A DNA stretch of 36,391 nucleotides from a virus (Duplodnaviria; Caudoviricetes), in IMG/VR virus record IMGVR_UViG_3300037434_000013, positions 1 to 36,391 of that record. One strand, given 5' to 3'. Below are positions 25,392 to 34,324 of the stretch, piece by piece (within the stretch, counting starts at the first letter, position 1; every line of letters begins with the position of its first letter). The notes under the pieces were generated by a model. The model worked only from the letters and a program-made list of their open reading frames with translations. It was not told the origin of the DNA and searched no databases. The position numbers and the translations under genes are program-made.

Positions 25392-27309
25392 GCTTACCTT
25401 CGAGCAACAGAAGAAAATGCTGCTTACTCCTTGTAAAACAAGGAACGAAGTTAAAACTTGGATTAAATATCACCTTGGACTTGAGTTACCGGACGTTACT
25501 GTCTCTAGGTACTCGGACACTAATCCCTTAGACGTTATCTGGGAAGTGTATCGTATCTGTGTTCTAGGTATCAACCCAGACAATATTCAGGAATTGCTTT
25601 TCGTCGCCGGTCGAGGATCGGGTAAGACTCTCGGTATGGCTATCGCAGAACTCATGATTCTTTTTCATGATAAGCGAGATGTGGTTCACGTTGGAGCTAT
25701 TCAGACTCAAGCTGAGCGATGCTATGCATATCAAAAAGGCTATCTATATAATCGCAAGCTAAAACCTATTGTGATGCCGCCGGATCTTCCCGAAGATCAA
25801 AGAATTGTTGAAAAAGCAAACATGTCGAAGTCTATCTTCAACATTGGACATGACAAAGTTACTCTAGAGGTTCTTCCTTGTACGCTAAAAGCTTGTAACG
25901 GTCCTCACGTTCCGCTAGTTGTAGTTGATGAGATCGATACTGTATCTGGTGAAGGTTTGAAAGCCTTCCGAGAGATTTCCGGTATGTTAGACTCAAGAGC
26001 TGGCAAGAAGGCTCTACGCGTAGGTATTTCTACACGTAAGTCTCGCTACGGCTTAATGAATCAGAAGCTTGAAGAGATCGAAGGCAATCCAGATAAGACC
26101 CGCGTTGCGCGACGTTGGACTGCATTTGAGTTTACAGAGCGTTGTCCTGATAGTCGTTCTGGTACTCAGAAGATGGACTTATTTGTCAACCAAGACAAGA
26201 TGGAAGTCTTGAACCAAGAAGAGTTTGATAAGAAGGATAGAAACAAGCAAAAAGAGTATCTTCCTTACCAAGGATACACTGGTTGCTATAAGTGCCCGCT
26301 ATTCTCCGTATGCTTGACAGATGCTAAGAAGCAGAACTCTACTTCTAACATGTTAAAGAGTTTGGATGAGATGATTCAAAAAGTTAGATCCGAGGGCGCC
26401 GATTGGGCCCTTGCTCAGCTCATGAACTTAAAACCTTCAGTTGAAGGTATCGTGTTTCGAGAGTTCGATGAGAAGATTCACATTCGTACTTGGAATGAGA
26501 TGTGGATGACTCTAGTAGGTAAAGAGTATCCAGGTGAATGTACTCACGATATGTTCGTCAAGAAGTGCCACGAGATGAGAGTTCCATGCTATGCTGGAAT
26601 CGACTGGGGTTTCTCTTCTCCAAATACTGTAGTGTTCTTTTTCGTAGATTCAAGAGATAATATCTATGTAGTCAAGTGTGACGGTATGACTTATGTTAGC
26701 TCTCCTACTTGGATTCACCATATTAAGACTAAGTACCATAACATGTATCGATGTCAACTTTATGTTCCTGATGCTGCCGATCAAGGTGCGATCATGGAGA
26801 TGCAGAAGGCTGGTCTACCGGTCGCCAATCAAGCGGATAAGGGTGCCATCAACACAGGTATACAAGTTATCAAAAAGTTTTTAAAGATGCCGGGTACGAT
26901 CGACGCAAAACTATTCTTAGCAAAAGACCATTGCGTACCTCTTGTGAGAGAGTTCAATCTATATCACTTTAAGACAGATGCTGCAGGATTGGTTACAGAT
27001 GACCCAGATACCGAACACGATCACTGGATTGATGCATTGCGTTATCCGATGACCCTACTGTTTGGTGCCTCTCAGATCATCCTTGGAAGCGGTTTGACGG
27101 ATCAAGCTACTAATCTTACGGACAATAACGGTAACTTTAACAGGATGCCGACTCCGACTGAGTATGCGCTCGCTCAGGGTATTCAGATGGCCCCGCAAGA
27201 AGTAGATAGGTCTAAACTTGGAAAGATAGGGAAACCCTCCGAGTTAGAGGACCAAAATGATGACGATGACTCTAATAGTGGAGCCGGAGGTTTTATCTGG
27301 TCAGTTTAA
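25369..27309 (+). CDS. terL: Terminase large subunit
   Basis: Walker A AGRGSGKT, Walker B VVVDE, nuclease GIDWG and DHWIDALRY. Confidence 0.92.
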   Translation: MSKKTSTKLTFEQQKKMLLTPCKTRNEVKTWIKYHLGLELPDVTVSRYSDTNPLDVIWEVYRICVLGINPDNIQELLFVAGRGSGKTLGMAIAELMILFHDKRDVVHVGAIQTQAERCYAYQKGYLYNRKLKPIVMPPDLPEDQRIVEKANMSKSIFNIGHDKVTLEVLPCTLKACNGPHVPLVVVDEIDTVSGEGLKAFREISGMLDSRAGKKALRVGISTRKSRYGLMNQKLEEIEGNPDKTRVARRWTAFEFTERCPDSRSGTQKMDLFVNQDKMEVLNQEEFDKKDRNKQKEYLPYQGYTGCYKCPLFSVCLTDAKKQNSTSNMLKSLDEMIQKVRSEGADWALAQLMNLKPSVEGIVFREFDEKIHIRTWNEMWMTLVGKEYPGECTHDMFVKKCHEMRVPCYAGIDWGFSSPNTVVFFFVDSRDNIYVVKCDGMTYVSSPTWIHHIKTKYHNMYRCQLYVPDAADQGAIMEMQKAGLPVANQADKGAINTGIQVIKKFLKMPGTIDAKLFLAKDHCVPLVREFNLYHFKTDAAGLVTDDPDTEHDHWIDALRYPMTLLFGASQIILGSGLTDQATNLTDNNGNFNRMPTPTEYALAQGIQMAPQEVDRSKLGKIGKPSELEDQNDDDDSNSGAGGFIWSV

Positions 27310-27333
27310 GTGTTTATATGGTACATTTATAAG

Positions 27334-27939
27334 ATGAAACGTTGCGGTGGTTGTTTAAAAGATCAACAATTAAGTGAATACCATAAAAATAATAGGACTT
27401 TAGACAGCCTTAATACGTCTTGCAAAACATGTGTAGCCAAAACTTCTGCAAAATATAGAGCGAAAAATAAGTCTAAAATAGCTGATGTAAAAAAGAAATG
27501 GTACGAAGCTAACAAGGATCAGGCTTTGAACTATGCTAGTGAATACTATAAGAATAACAAGAGTGTTGTCATTAAGAAGGTTGTTGAATATAGAAGAAAT
27601 AGACTAAAGGTTGACCCTATATTCAAATTGCAAAAGAACATGCGTCATAGGCTTAGTAATTTATTAAAACAGCAATCTTCAAGGGTTGCTATCAATTTCT
27701 TGGGTTGTACATTAGATGAATTTAAGATCTATATTGAGTCTAAATTTTATAACTATATGACTTGGGACAGCTATGGACAATGGGAAATAGATCATGTTAA
27801 GCCATTGGCTTCTTTCGATCTCAGTGATCCTAATCAGTTGAAGGCGGCTTGTCATTATAGCAATCTTCAGCCACTATGGAAGCAAGATCATGTTACTAAG
27901 ACAACTAACGATGTAAGGCAATCGAAGGGTACAATATAA
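27334..27939 (+). CDS. HNH homing endonuclease between terL and portal
   Basis: GCTLDEFKIYIE...MTWDSY...WEIDHVKPL...HYSNLQPLW; paralogous to 19944..20477. ATG 27334 lies 6 nt after TGgTACATT. Confidence 0.88.
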   Translation: MKRCGGCLKDQQLSEYHKNNRTLDSLNTSCKTCVAKTSAKYRAKNKSKIADVKKKWYEANKDQALNYASEYYKNNKSVVIKKVVEYRRNRLKVDPIFKLQKNMRHRLSNLLKQQSSRVAINFLGCTLDEFKIYIESKFYNYMTWDSYGQWEIDHVKPLASFDLSDPNQLKAACHYSNLQPLWKQDHVTKTTNDVRQSKGTI

Positions 27940-27942
27940 GTT

Positions 27943-29916
27943 ATGGCAATCTGGGATCAATGGCTTAAAAATAGAATACAGGGACAAATAGACGATCTCA
28001 TCAAAGCCGACGTGGGCGAAACAGAACCATCGTCTCCTCCAGCCGTTGGCGACATCGCAGATGGCGATACTTTACCAGATGTACCAGAAGCCGACCATGA
28101 TGCCTCAGGTCAGATCGGACGCAAAGCGTTCGTAGATGATCCTTACTTTGACTTGATGGGAAGTCAAGTAAATTACAAATTTAAACTTACGCGAATCTCC
28201 AATAAGACTTTAAAAGAAGTCTCAGTTCGAGATTGGTTGATATCAGCAATCATTCAATGTCGCGTAGATACACTTTTAAGATTCTCCCGCATCGAGCACC
28301 GTCGTCATGAGATGGGTTTTCGTATTGTTAAGAAAGACGGAGAAGCGCATTACACAGACGCAGAGAAGGATGAGATTGCGGCAATCGAAGATTTCATCTA
28401 TCACTGCGGTCGTAAAGAAGGCACTCCAGCAGACGATAAGAGATTGTTCGGCGAGTTCCTCAAGCTTGTAGGCCGCGACGCATTGACGTTCGGTCACGTA
28501 GCTATTGAAAAAGTTAAGACACGTGCCGGTGGATTGCACCGTTTCCGCCCACTTCCAGGTGAATCAATGTACCTAGTCAACAAGGCTCTCTCTAAAGAGC
28601 AGTTGAATTCTAGTGCAATGAAGAACTATCAACTAACTAAACCTAAGAGTAACAACGATCCGAAAGCTGATCAAGTTATTAATGAAGCAGAGAATGACTA
28701 CATCAAATATGTTCAGATCTCTTATGACAACAGACCTCTAGCTACATTCGGCGACGAAGACTGTATCTTCAAACTATTTAATCCTCAGAACTTTGCAGAC
28801 TCTATGGGTTACTGCTACTCTCCGTTAGAGTTGGCGATCATCAACATTACCAACCATATGAACGTAGAGAACTACAATGCTAACTTCTTTACTCATGGTT
28901 ATGCTGCACGAGGCGTTCTTCACTTAAAGGGAACAGTAACTCAACAGAACTTAGCTAACTTTCGTAGAACTTTCTATAACTCTATTTCAGGAACTCAGAA
29001 TGCTTGGAGAACTCCAATCGTTGCAGGTCTTGATGAAGTTCAATGGGTACCGATGTCTGCAAATGCCCGTGAGATGGAGTATTTGAACTACAACAACCAT
29101 TTGATGCGTATTCTTTGCGCTCAGTTCCAAATTGATCCAGTGGAATTAGGATTAGATTACCTTATCTCTGCAACTGGACGCTCTCCGATGCAGCAAGCTA
29201 ACAATGAGTATAAGATCACCTACTCACGTGAGCGTGGTTTAGTGCCTTTGCTCATGTTCATTGAAGATATCATTAACTGCGATGTTCTTACTGCATTAGA
29301 TAAAGATTTAGCAGCTAAATATAAGTTCGTATTCACCGGCATGACTGACGAGACTCCTCAAAACGAGATCGCTCAGATGCAAGCTGAGATGACTGTATGG
29401 AAGTCAATGAATGAACTTCTAGTACAGGCTCAAAAGAACAAGATTACAGAAAAGATTGCCGACGTTCCGATGAACCAAGCTTTCTGGGCGCTCGTTGAGA
29501 AGAATTACACCCGTGGAGAGATTCGCGAGAACTTCTTTGGTGACAAGGGTGCATCTGAAAGACGCGAACTGCAATACATTCCTGGCGATCCATCGTTCTT
29601 GAACTGGAATCAATTCCTTTTCACCATGGACGCTCAGAAGAAGCAAGAAGCTCAGATGAAAGAGCAGCAAGAAGCTCAGCAAGGCGAAGCTCAGATGAAG
29701 ATGGCCCAAGAACAGCAGAAGCATGAACATGCGGAAGCTGCTCACGGTCGTGATAAAGAGAAGCATGATCTTGAGATGGAGCAAATCAAGGCTAAAGCAG
29801 CCCACGACGTTGTTCAACCTAGTGTAAAGGACACCGCTAAGCAATTTGGCGCTACTAAGTCTGAAAACATCGGCGGAGTTCCAGTCGCCAACCCTATTAA
29901 CAAATTAGGCCAGTAA
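27943..29916 (+). CDS. Portal protein
   Basis: RDALTFGHVAIE, GYCYSPLE, NFFTHGYAARGVL, AWRTPI, EMEY...ILCAQFQIDPVELG, GLVPLL; position after terL. Confidence 0.9.
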   Translation: MAIWDQWLKNRIQGQIDDLIKADVGETEPSSPPAVGDIADGDTLPDVPEADHDASGQIGRKAFVDDPYFDLMGSQVNYKFKLTRISNKTLKEVSVRDWLISAIIQCRVDTLLRFSRIEHRRHEMGFRIVKKDGEAHYTDAEKDEIAAIEDFIYHCGRKEGTPADDKRLFGEFLKLVGRDALTFGHVAIEKVKTRAGGLHRFRPLPGESMYLVNKALSKEQLNSSAMKNYQLTKPKSNNDPKADQVINEAENDYIKYVQISYDNRPLATFGDEDCIFKLFNPQNFADSMGYCYSPLELAIINITNHMNVENYNANFFTHGYAARGVLHLKGTVTQQNLANFRRTFYNSISGTQNAWRTPIVAGLDEVQWVPMSANAREMEYLNYNNHLMRILCAQFQIDPVELGLDYLISATGRSPMQQANNEYKITYSRERGLVPLLMFIEDIINCDVLTALDKDLAAKYKFVFTGMTDETPQNEIAQMQAEMTVWKSMNELLVQAQKNKITEKIADVPMNQAFWALVEKNYTRGEIRENFFGDKGASERRELQYIPGDPSFLNWNQFLFTMDAQKKQEAQMKEQQEAQQGEAQMKMAQEQQKHEHAEAAHGRDKEKHDLEMEQIKAKAAHDVVQPSVKDTAKQFGATKSENIGGVPVANPINKLGQ

Positions 29917-29917
29917 T

Positions 29918-30064
29918 ATGTACGTCCGAGAAGACGGCACTGTTGTAACTGATGAAGAGCGTTATGCCACAATGATGCTTATTAAGATCCTATATAGACT
30001 TCAACTCATAGAAGAAGAGCAAGCTATGAAAATAGCAACCCAGTTCCATATTCTGTATGTATAA
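29918..30064 (+). CDS. Hypothetical protein (48 aa, not in the ORF track)
   Basis: MYVREDGTVVTDEERY...FHILYV fills the gap between portal and kinase. Confidence 0.5.
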   Translation: MYVREDGTVVTDEERYATMMLIKILYRLQLIEEEQAMKIATQFHILYV

Positions 30065-30075
30065 TCATAAGGAAT

Positions 30076-30948
30076 ATGTCATTAATTATCCTTGAAGGTT
30101 TAGATCGTACAGGCAAGACTACGGTAGCAGATTATTTTGCTACTCAGGGCTTTGAAGTTATTCACATGTCTGCGCCTGATAAGGCAATGTCGCAATCTGG
30201 TTATATAGGACCTAGCTATCTAGATCAGATGGTGGAATTACTCACTGGTATCGGCGGTAGGAACGTTGTTCTTGACCGTTCTCACTACGGTGAGTTAGTG
30301 TGGCCTCAGGTTTATGGTCGTAAGGCTATGCTTGATGACGATGATATGGAGATCTTACACGAGATTGAAACTAGCATGGGTGCTAATCGTATACTTATGC
30401 AAGATCCTAACAGCGAGGCTCACTGGCAGCGTTGTGTAGATAATAATGAACCGCTCACTAAGACTCAATTTGTTAAAGCTAGATCGCTTTACTCAAATAT
30501 GGCTGATAAGTATGGCTTTGAGCGTAAGACTTTGAAGGACTTTCCAGATGCAGCACAGCCACTACCCGCGCTTCCGCCAGAAGCCCTTAATAAAACGAGG
30601 TCTACTTCGGATGATGAGGGAAAGAAATCTGAAACTGCTGGAGCTTCTGGACAAACTGGGAATAATAACTCTGGAAATAACGAGATAAGTAAAACTAAAG
30701 AGCAACTTAAACTTGAGCGTGCAAACGTTATCAATGAAGTCCTTTCCAAGCGTATCCTTAAGGGTCGCGGCGTTGCATACGACGAGATTGAGAAAAGTTT
30801 ACGTCACTATTTGAATACTGAATTGGGTAAAATACTCGGGACTAGCAATGCTGTTACAACAAACGCCGCAGCTGGTTTAACTACTGAAGAAGTTGATTTA
30901 CTTAAGTTTTTCTGTAAAACATTGAATGATAAAGGGGCAAAAAGATGA
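30076..30948 (+). CDS. Thymidylate/dNMP kinase-like P-loop protein with C-terminal extension
   Basis: IILEGLDRTGKTT P-loop and VLDRSH motif. Confidence 0.8.
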   Translation: MSLIILEGLDRTGKTTVADYFATQGFEVIHMSAPDKAMSQSGYIGPSYLDQMVELLTGIGGRNVVLDRSHYGELVWPQVYGRKAMLDDDDMEILHEIETSMGANRILMQDPNSEAHWQRCVDNNEPLTKTQFVKARSLYSNMADKYGFERKTLKDFPDAAQPLPALPPEALNKTRSTSDDEGKKSETAGASGQTGNNNSGNNEISKTKEQLKLERANVINEVLSKRILKGRGVAYDEIEKSLRHYLNTELGKILGTSNAVTTNAAAGLTTEEVDLLKFFCKTLNDKGAKR

Positions 30949-31586
30949 AGGGTTTTAGAACAGCACCACAAGGTAATCGTAAAGAGAAAATTCGCGCACA
31001 TGAGGTTCAACTTAAGAACTTAGAGATGTCTGTTCGCATCAATCAAATGATGACTCAGCAACTTATGCAGAACTTAAAAGGTATGCATGAAGACATCGGC
31101 AGAGCGTTGAATCTTATCTCAGAAATGCAATATAAGATCCTAGCCATTCAAAAAGTGTCTGGTCTAGATCTCGCAGCTATGAATGCTGTTGCTAACGAGC
31201 AACGTCTTCAAGATTTCTGTGAAGCTTCTGATAAAGAAGATGCTGAAAAAGGTTTCACTAACGGTGATACAGTCAACGAACAATCTACTGTAGTCATCAC
31301 TTCTACAACCGAAGGTAGCGATACTGGTATCTTCCGCTCAAGACTTAAGTTGTCTGAGTGCGGTGTTCCAGATCTTATTAATGCCTTCATGGGCCGTGAA
31401 GTTGGAGCAAAAGCAATTGTTACTCTAAACGGATTAGAACATGAAGTTGAACTCCTCGCTATTAGACAACCCGCTGTGGAAGTTCCAGCAGCTACAGAAT
31501 CAGAAGAAACTGCAGCGACAGATGACAGCGAAAGCGAAACTACTAGTTTTACTGCGACTACTCAAGATAACCAGGCCACTGCCTAA
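30945..31586 (+). CDS. Coiled-coil protein with GreA/Rnk-C-terminal (FKBP-fold)-like domain
   Basis: DTVNEQSTVVI...PDLINAFMGREVGAKAIVTLNGLEHEVELLAIR resembles the Gre C-domain pattern P-L-x-x-A-L-L-G-x-x-V-G. Confidence 0.5.
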   Translation: MKGFRTAPQGNRKEKIRAHEVQLKNLEMSVRINQMMTQQLMQNLKGMHEDIGRALNLISEMQYKILAIQKVSGLDLAAMNAVANEQRLQDFCEASDKEDAEKGFTNGDTVNEQSTVVITSTTEGSDTGIFRSRLKLSECGVPDLINAFMGREVGAKAIVTLNGLEHEVELLAIRQPAVEVPAATESEETAATDDSESETTSFTATTQDNQATA

Positions 31587-31999
31587 TGTCTAAAAAGGAC
31601 AGCACTATGGACTCGCGATGCCCTCGGGGTCTAAAGTGCAATCCGGATAAGTTCTGTCCACTTGCGGTAATGCGACTCAGAGCGATTCGTACTGCCGGGC
31701 ACGAACTAACTGAAGAGGAAGAAGCAAAGCTTCCAGGTTGTCCATGGGCTGTAAACCACCAGCTTGCTAACTACTGTTTTTTTAACTACATCAAAGACTA
31801 TGTGGGTGATAAACCGCCCTCTGATATCGAAGTTGCATCCTTGAACTGTATCTCTGTTGACGCAGTTAAGAAGACTGAGAAGAACGCTTTGAATAAGATT
31901 AGGAACACAGAGCAGTTTCAAGATTTGAAAGAATCTTTAGATGGCGGAAGTATATTAGATGATCACCTCACAGACGAAGACTATAAGATCTACAGATAA
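31586..31999 (+). CDS. Cys-rich protein with sigma70 region-4-like HTH
   Basis: SDIEVASLNCISVDAVKKTEKNALNKIR matches the region 4.2 pattern; Cys cluster upstream. Confidence 0.6.
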   Translation: MSKKDSTMDSRCPRGLKCNPDKFCPLAVMRLRAIRTAGHELTEEEEAKLPGCPWAVNHQLANYCFFNYIKDYVGDKPPSDIEVASLNCISVDAVKKTEKNALNKIRNTEQFQDLKESLDGGSILDDHLTDEDYKIYR

Positions 32000-32048
32000 A
32001 TCTAATACGATATGGGTGTTGTTATGTTTCCTACAGCAACTAAAGATC

Positions 32049-32198
32049 ATGGAGAAACTTAATTTTAGCGCCACTGACGTAACTCCTTTTACCTGGAATC
32101 CTACTCTCAATGGTGGTATGGGCAGCGAAGAACCTCATGGTCCTCAATGGATACTAAGAGTATGGCGAAAGGAAGAATATGAACAATGTAAATTTTAA
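32049..32198 (+). CDS. Hypothetical small protein
   Basis: 3' part of ORF 31959..32198 from ATG 32049; start uncertain. Confidence 0.3.
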   Translation: MEKLNFSATDVTPFTWNPTLNGGMGSEEPHGPQWILRVWRKEEYEQCKF

Positions 32199-32553
32199 TT
32201 TCTGGTTACAGGGTTACTTTGAACTAATGGGTCCTCAAGATGGAACATCGCCAGAATTACATGGATTTCAAGTTAAACTTATACAAGAGCATATTGCCTT
32301 GGTAAAGAAGACTGAAGCTCTTGGAGAATTCGCTGCTTGGCTTCAAGGTTATCTAGATGCAGCTATCGGTGTTCCAGGTACTTACACTTCTTTAGGAGCT
32401 CAGCATTATTTAACTATCAGTGCTAAACTAAGTCAAGTTTTTGCTCATGTAGTTCAACCTGTAGTTGTTCCAAGTGGACCTGGCCAGTCTGCAACCCTTC
32501 TTAAGTATCTGGAGTCTGGAAAAGGCATTGACTCTACGATGCTATACTGCTAA
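32179..32553 (+). CDS. Hypothetical protein with duplicated FxxWLQGY motif
   Basis: FNFWLQGYFE and FAAWLQGYLD; SD AAGGA. Confidence 0.75.
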   Translation: MNNVNFNFWLQGYFELMGPQDGTSPELHGFQVKLIQEHIALVKKTEALGEFAAWLQGYLDAAIGVPGTYTSLGAQHYLTISAKLSQVFAHVVQPVVVPSGPGQSATLLKYLESGKGIDSTMLYC

Positions 32554-32569
32554 TTCATAGTCGATAGCC

Positions 32570-32578
32570 TGGTATAAT
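32570..32578 (+). promoter_or_regulatory. Extended -10 promoter (TGgTATAAT)
   Basis: 10 nt before the protease ATG. Confidence 0.7.
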
Positions 32579-32588
32579 CTTAGGTGGT

Positions 32589-34220
32589 ATGTCAAAGAAA
32601 CCACTTGAGATCGATATGTGTGCAGGTTCCCAACTTAGGGACACCCAGGGAGAGATGCTCTCTGTAGAGGGAGCCGACATCGGTGAACTCGAAGCAGGCA
32701 AGGGCCGCATCAACGACAACCACGGTAAAGGTTTCTTCAATTCAATCGGCCGCGTCACTTCAGCTAAGAAGATCTTTAAGGCAGAAGATTGCGACAACGA
32801 CCGTCAAAAATACTATTGGGATAAAGTTAAGGCTCCGTACGTGTATGTTCGTGCAACCTTGTACGACGACGAGGACCACCCAAACGCCAAAGCCGCAGCT
32901 GCAATTCTGCGTAACGTTCATAAAACTGACTGTCCTTTAAAATTGAAAGCGTCAGTAGAAGGCGGAGTAGTTTCACGTGGGATCTCAGACCCGACTCTCC
33001 TCGCAAGGACAAAGATTCATTCTGTTGCACTAACTTTTACTCCTGCCAATACGGCCACTCTAGTTGAGCCACTAAACTTAGATAAATCGCAGCACGATGA
33101 GGAATCCGATATGGAACTCATCAAATCTGTTATACACCTTGCAGAAACGAACGTACCTTCATTCCGTCATATCGCTCGTGATGCCTCAGCGTCTAGGGTG
33201 CGCTCTAACATCGAGAAGATCGTAGAGTTGATGAAGGGCGATAAAACTATTGATATCCCTACTAAGCAAGAGATACTTCAATACGCTCTTGAGTGCAAGA
33301 TTCAAAACAATGTAGCGAAAATTCACGAACTAGTCGAAGCTTCCTCTGAAGAGCTTGAAAAAGACATGAAGAGTAAGTTGGCTGGTGCCGCAATGATGGG
33401 TGCTGCCGCTTTAGCACCAAATACTGCTCAAGCTCCACAAGCTCCAAAAACAGCAATGAGTCAACCGGCCACAAATCTATCTAGAATGCCTTTAGAGCAT
33501 CAGAATGCATACAAGGAGTTCTCTCACAAGAATCCTCTTCTAGGCGCGATCGGGATGGTTGAGTCAAGCGGTGGATTGAATTACGATCACAAGCCTTTAA
33601 AGAACGGTCACAGAGCTGGTGGAATGTTTGGAATGCTGCCTACTGCAGCTGAATATACACTAAGAACTAATCCAGAGCTTGCTAAGAAATACGGCGACAT
33701 GGCCGAATACTCTAAAGATTTAAATAAGAATCACGCCAAAATTACAGAGCGTTTCAACAATGATCCTCAAGCTGCCTATGATTTCGCAGATGCATTGTTA
33801 AAGAGAAACAAGTCAAAAACTAAAGATATCAATATGTTAGTGCATTCTTGGACTAACGGTTTGAAGGGAACTTGGGACAAATATAAAGGCGAAGGTCCTC
33901 AAGGTATTCAAGATTCTGACTACGTGAAAAAAGTTATGACCGAATACGGCAAGTTGCATCCTAAAAAGGCGGCAAAGCCAACTAAGTCAATTAAGAAGGC
34001 CCTAACTGCGGGTTACGGTGGAGCTGGTTCTCCAACAGGTAATACCGGAGGCGGAGTACTACAATCTGAGTCGCTGGATGTAGGAAATGGTAAGGGTTTC
34101 AAGTATGTTACATGCGATGACTGCGGCACTGAGCAGATATACTCTAAATTTCAGGTGAAATGTAGAGATTGCGGTAAATCATTCCCTTTGGAGAAGTTAC
34201 ACAAGTTGTTTCTTAGGTAA
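32589..34220 (+). CDS. Prohead protease fused to a lytic-transglycosylase-like domain, a capsid N-arm copy and a zinc ribbon
   Basis: RDTQGE, NDNH, KASVEG, VALTFTPAN (HK97/herpes-fold head protease motifs); then MVESSGG...AGGMFGMLPTAA...YVKKV; then CDDC...CRDC. Confidence 0.8.
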   Translation: MSKKPLEIDMCAGSQLRDTQGEMLSVEGADIGELEAGKGRINDNHGKGFFNSIGRVTSAKKIFKAEDCDNDRQKYYWDKVKAPYVYVRATLYDDEDHPNAKAAAAILRNVHKTDCPLKLKASVEGGVVSRGISDPTLLARTKIHSVALTFTPANTATLVEPLNLDKSQHDEESDMELIKSVIHLAETNVPSFRHIARDASASRVRSNIEKIVELMKGDKTIDIPTKQEILQYALECKIQNNVAKIHELVEASSEELEKDMKSKLAGAAMMGAAALAPNTAQAPQAPKTAMSQPATNLSRMPLEHQNAYKEFSHKNPLLGAIGMVESSGGLNYDHKPLKNGHRAGGMFGMLPTAAEYTLRTNPELAKKYGDMAEYSKDLNKNHAKITERFNNDPQAAYDFADALLKRNKSKTKDINMLVHSWTNGLKGTWDKYKGEGPQGIQDSDYVKKVMTEYGKLHPKKAAKPTKSIKKALTAGYGGAGSPTGNTGGGVLQSESLDVGNGKGFKYVTCDDCGTEQIYSKFQVKCRDCGKSFPLEKLHKLFLR

Positions 34221-34324
34221 ACTTCATAGGTAATGTATAGGTGTATACCGGGCCGGTTTAAGTAATGGGCCATGGTATATTAAGTAATATCAAGTTTTAA
34301 CTATAGTAGTTAAGGAGAACTAAA

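Noticed and set aside
14260-27309. Inteins or group I introns in dnaE, recA or terL
   Set aside because: The ORFs are continuous, of normal length, and lack splice-junction or LAGLIDADG motifs; the HNH genes lie between genes.
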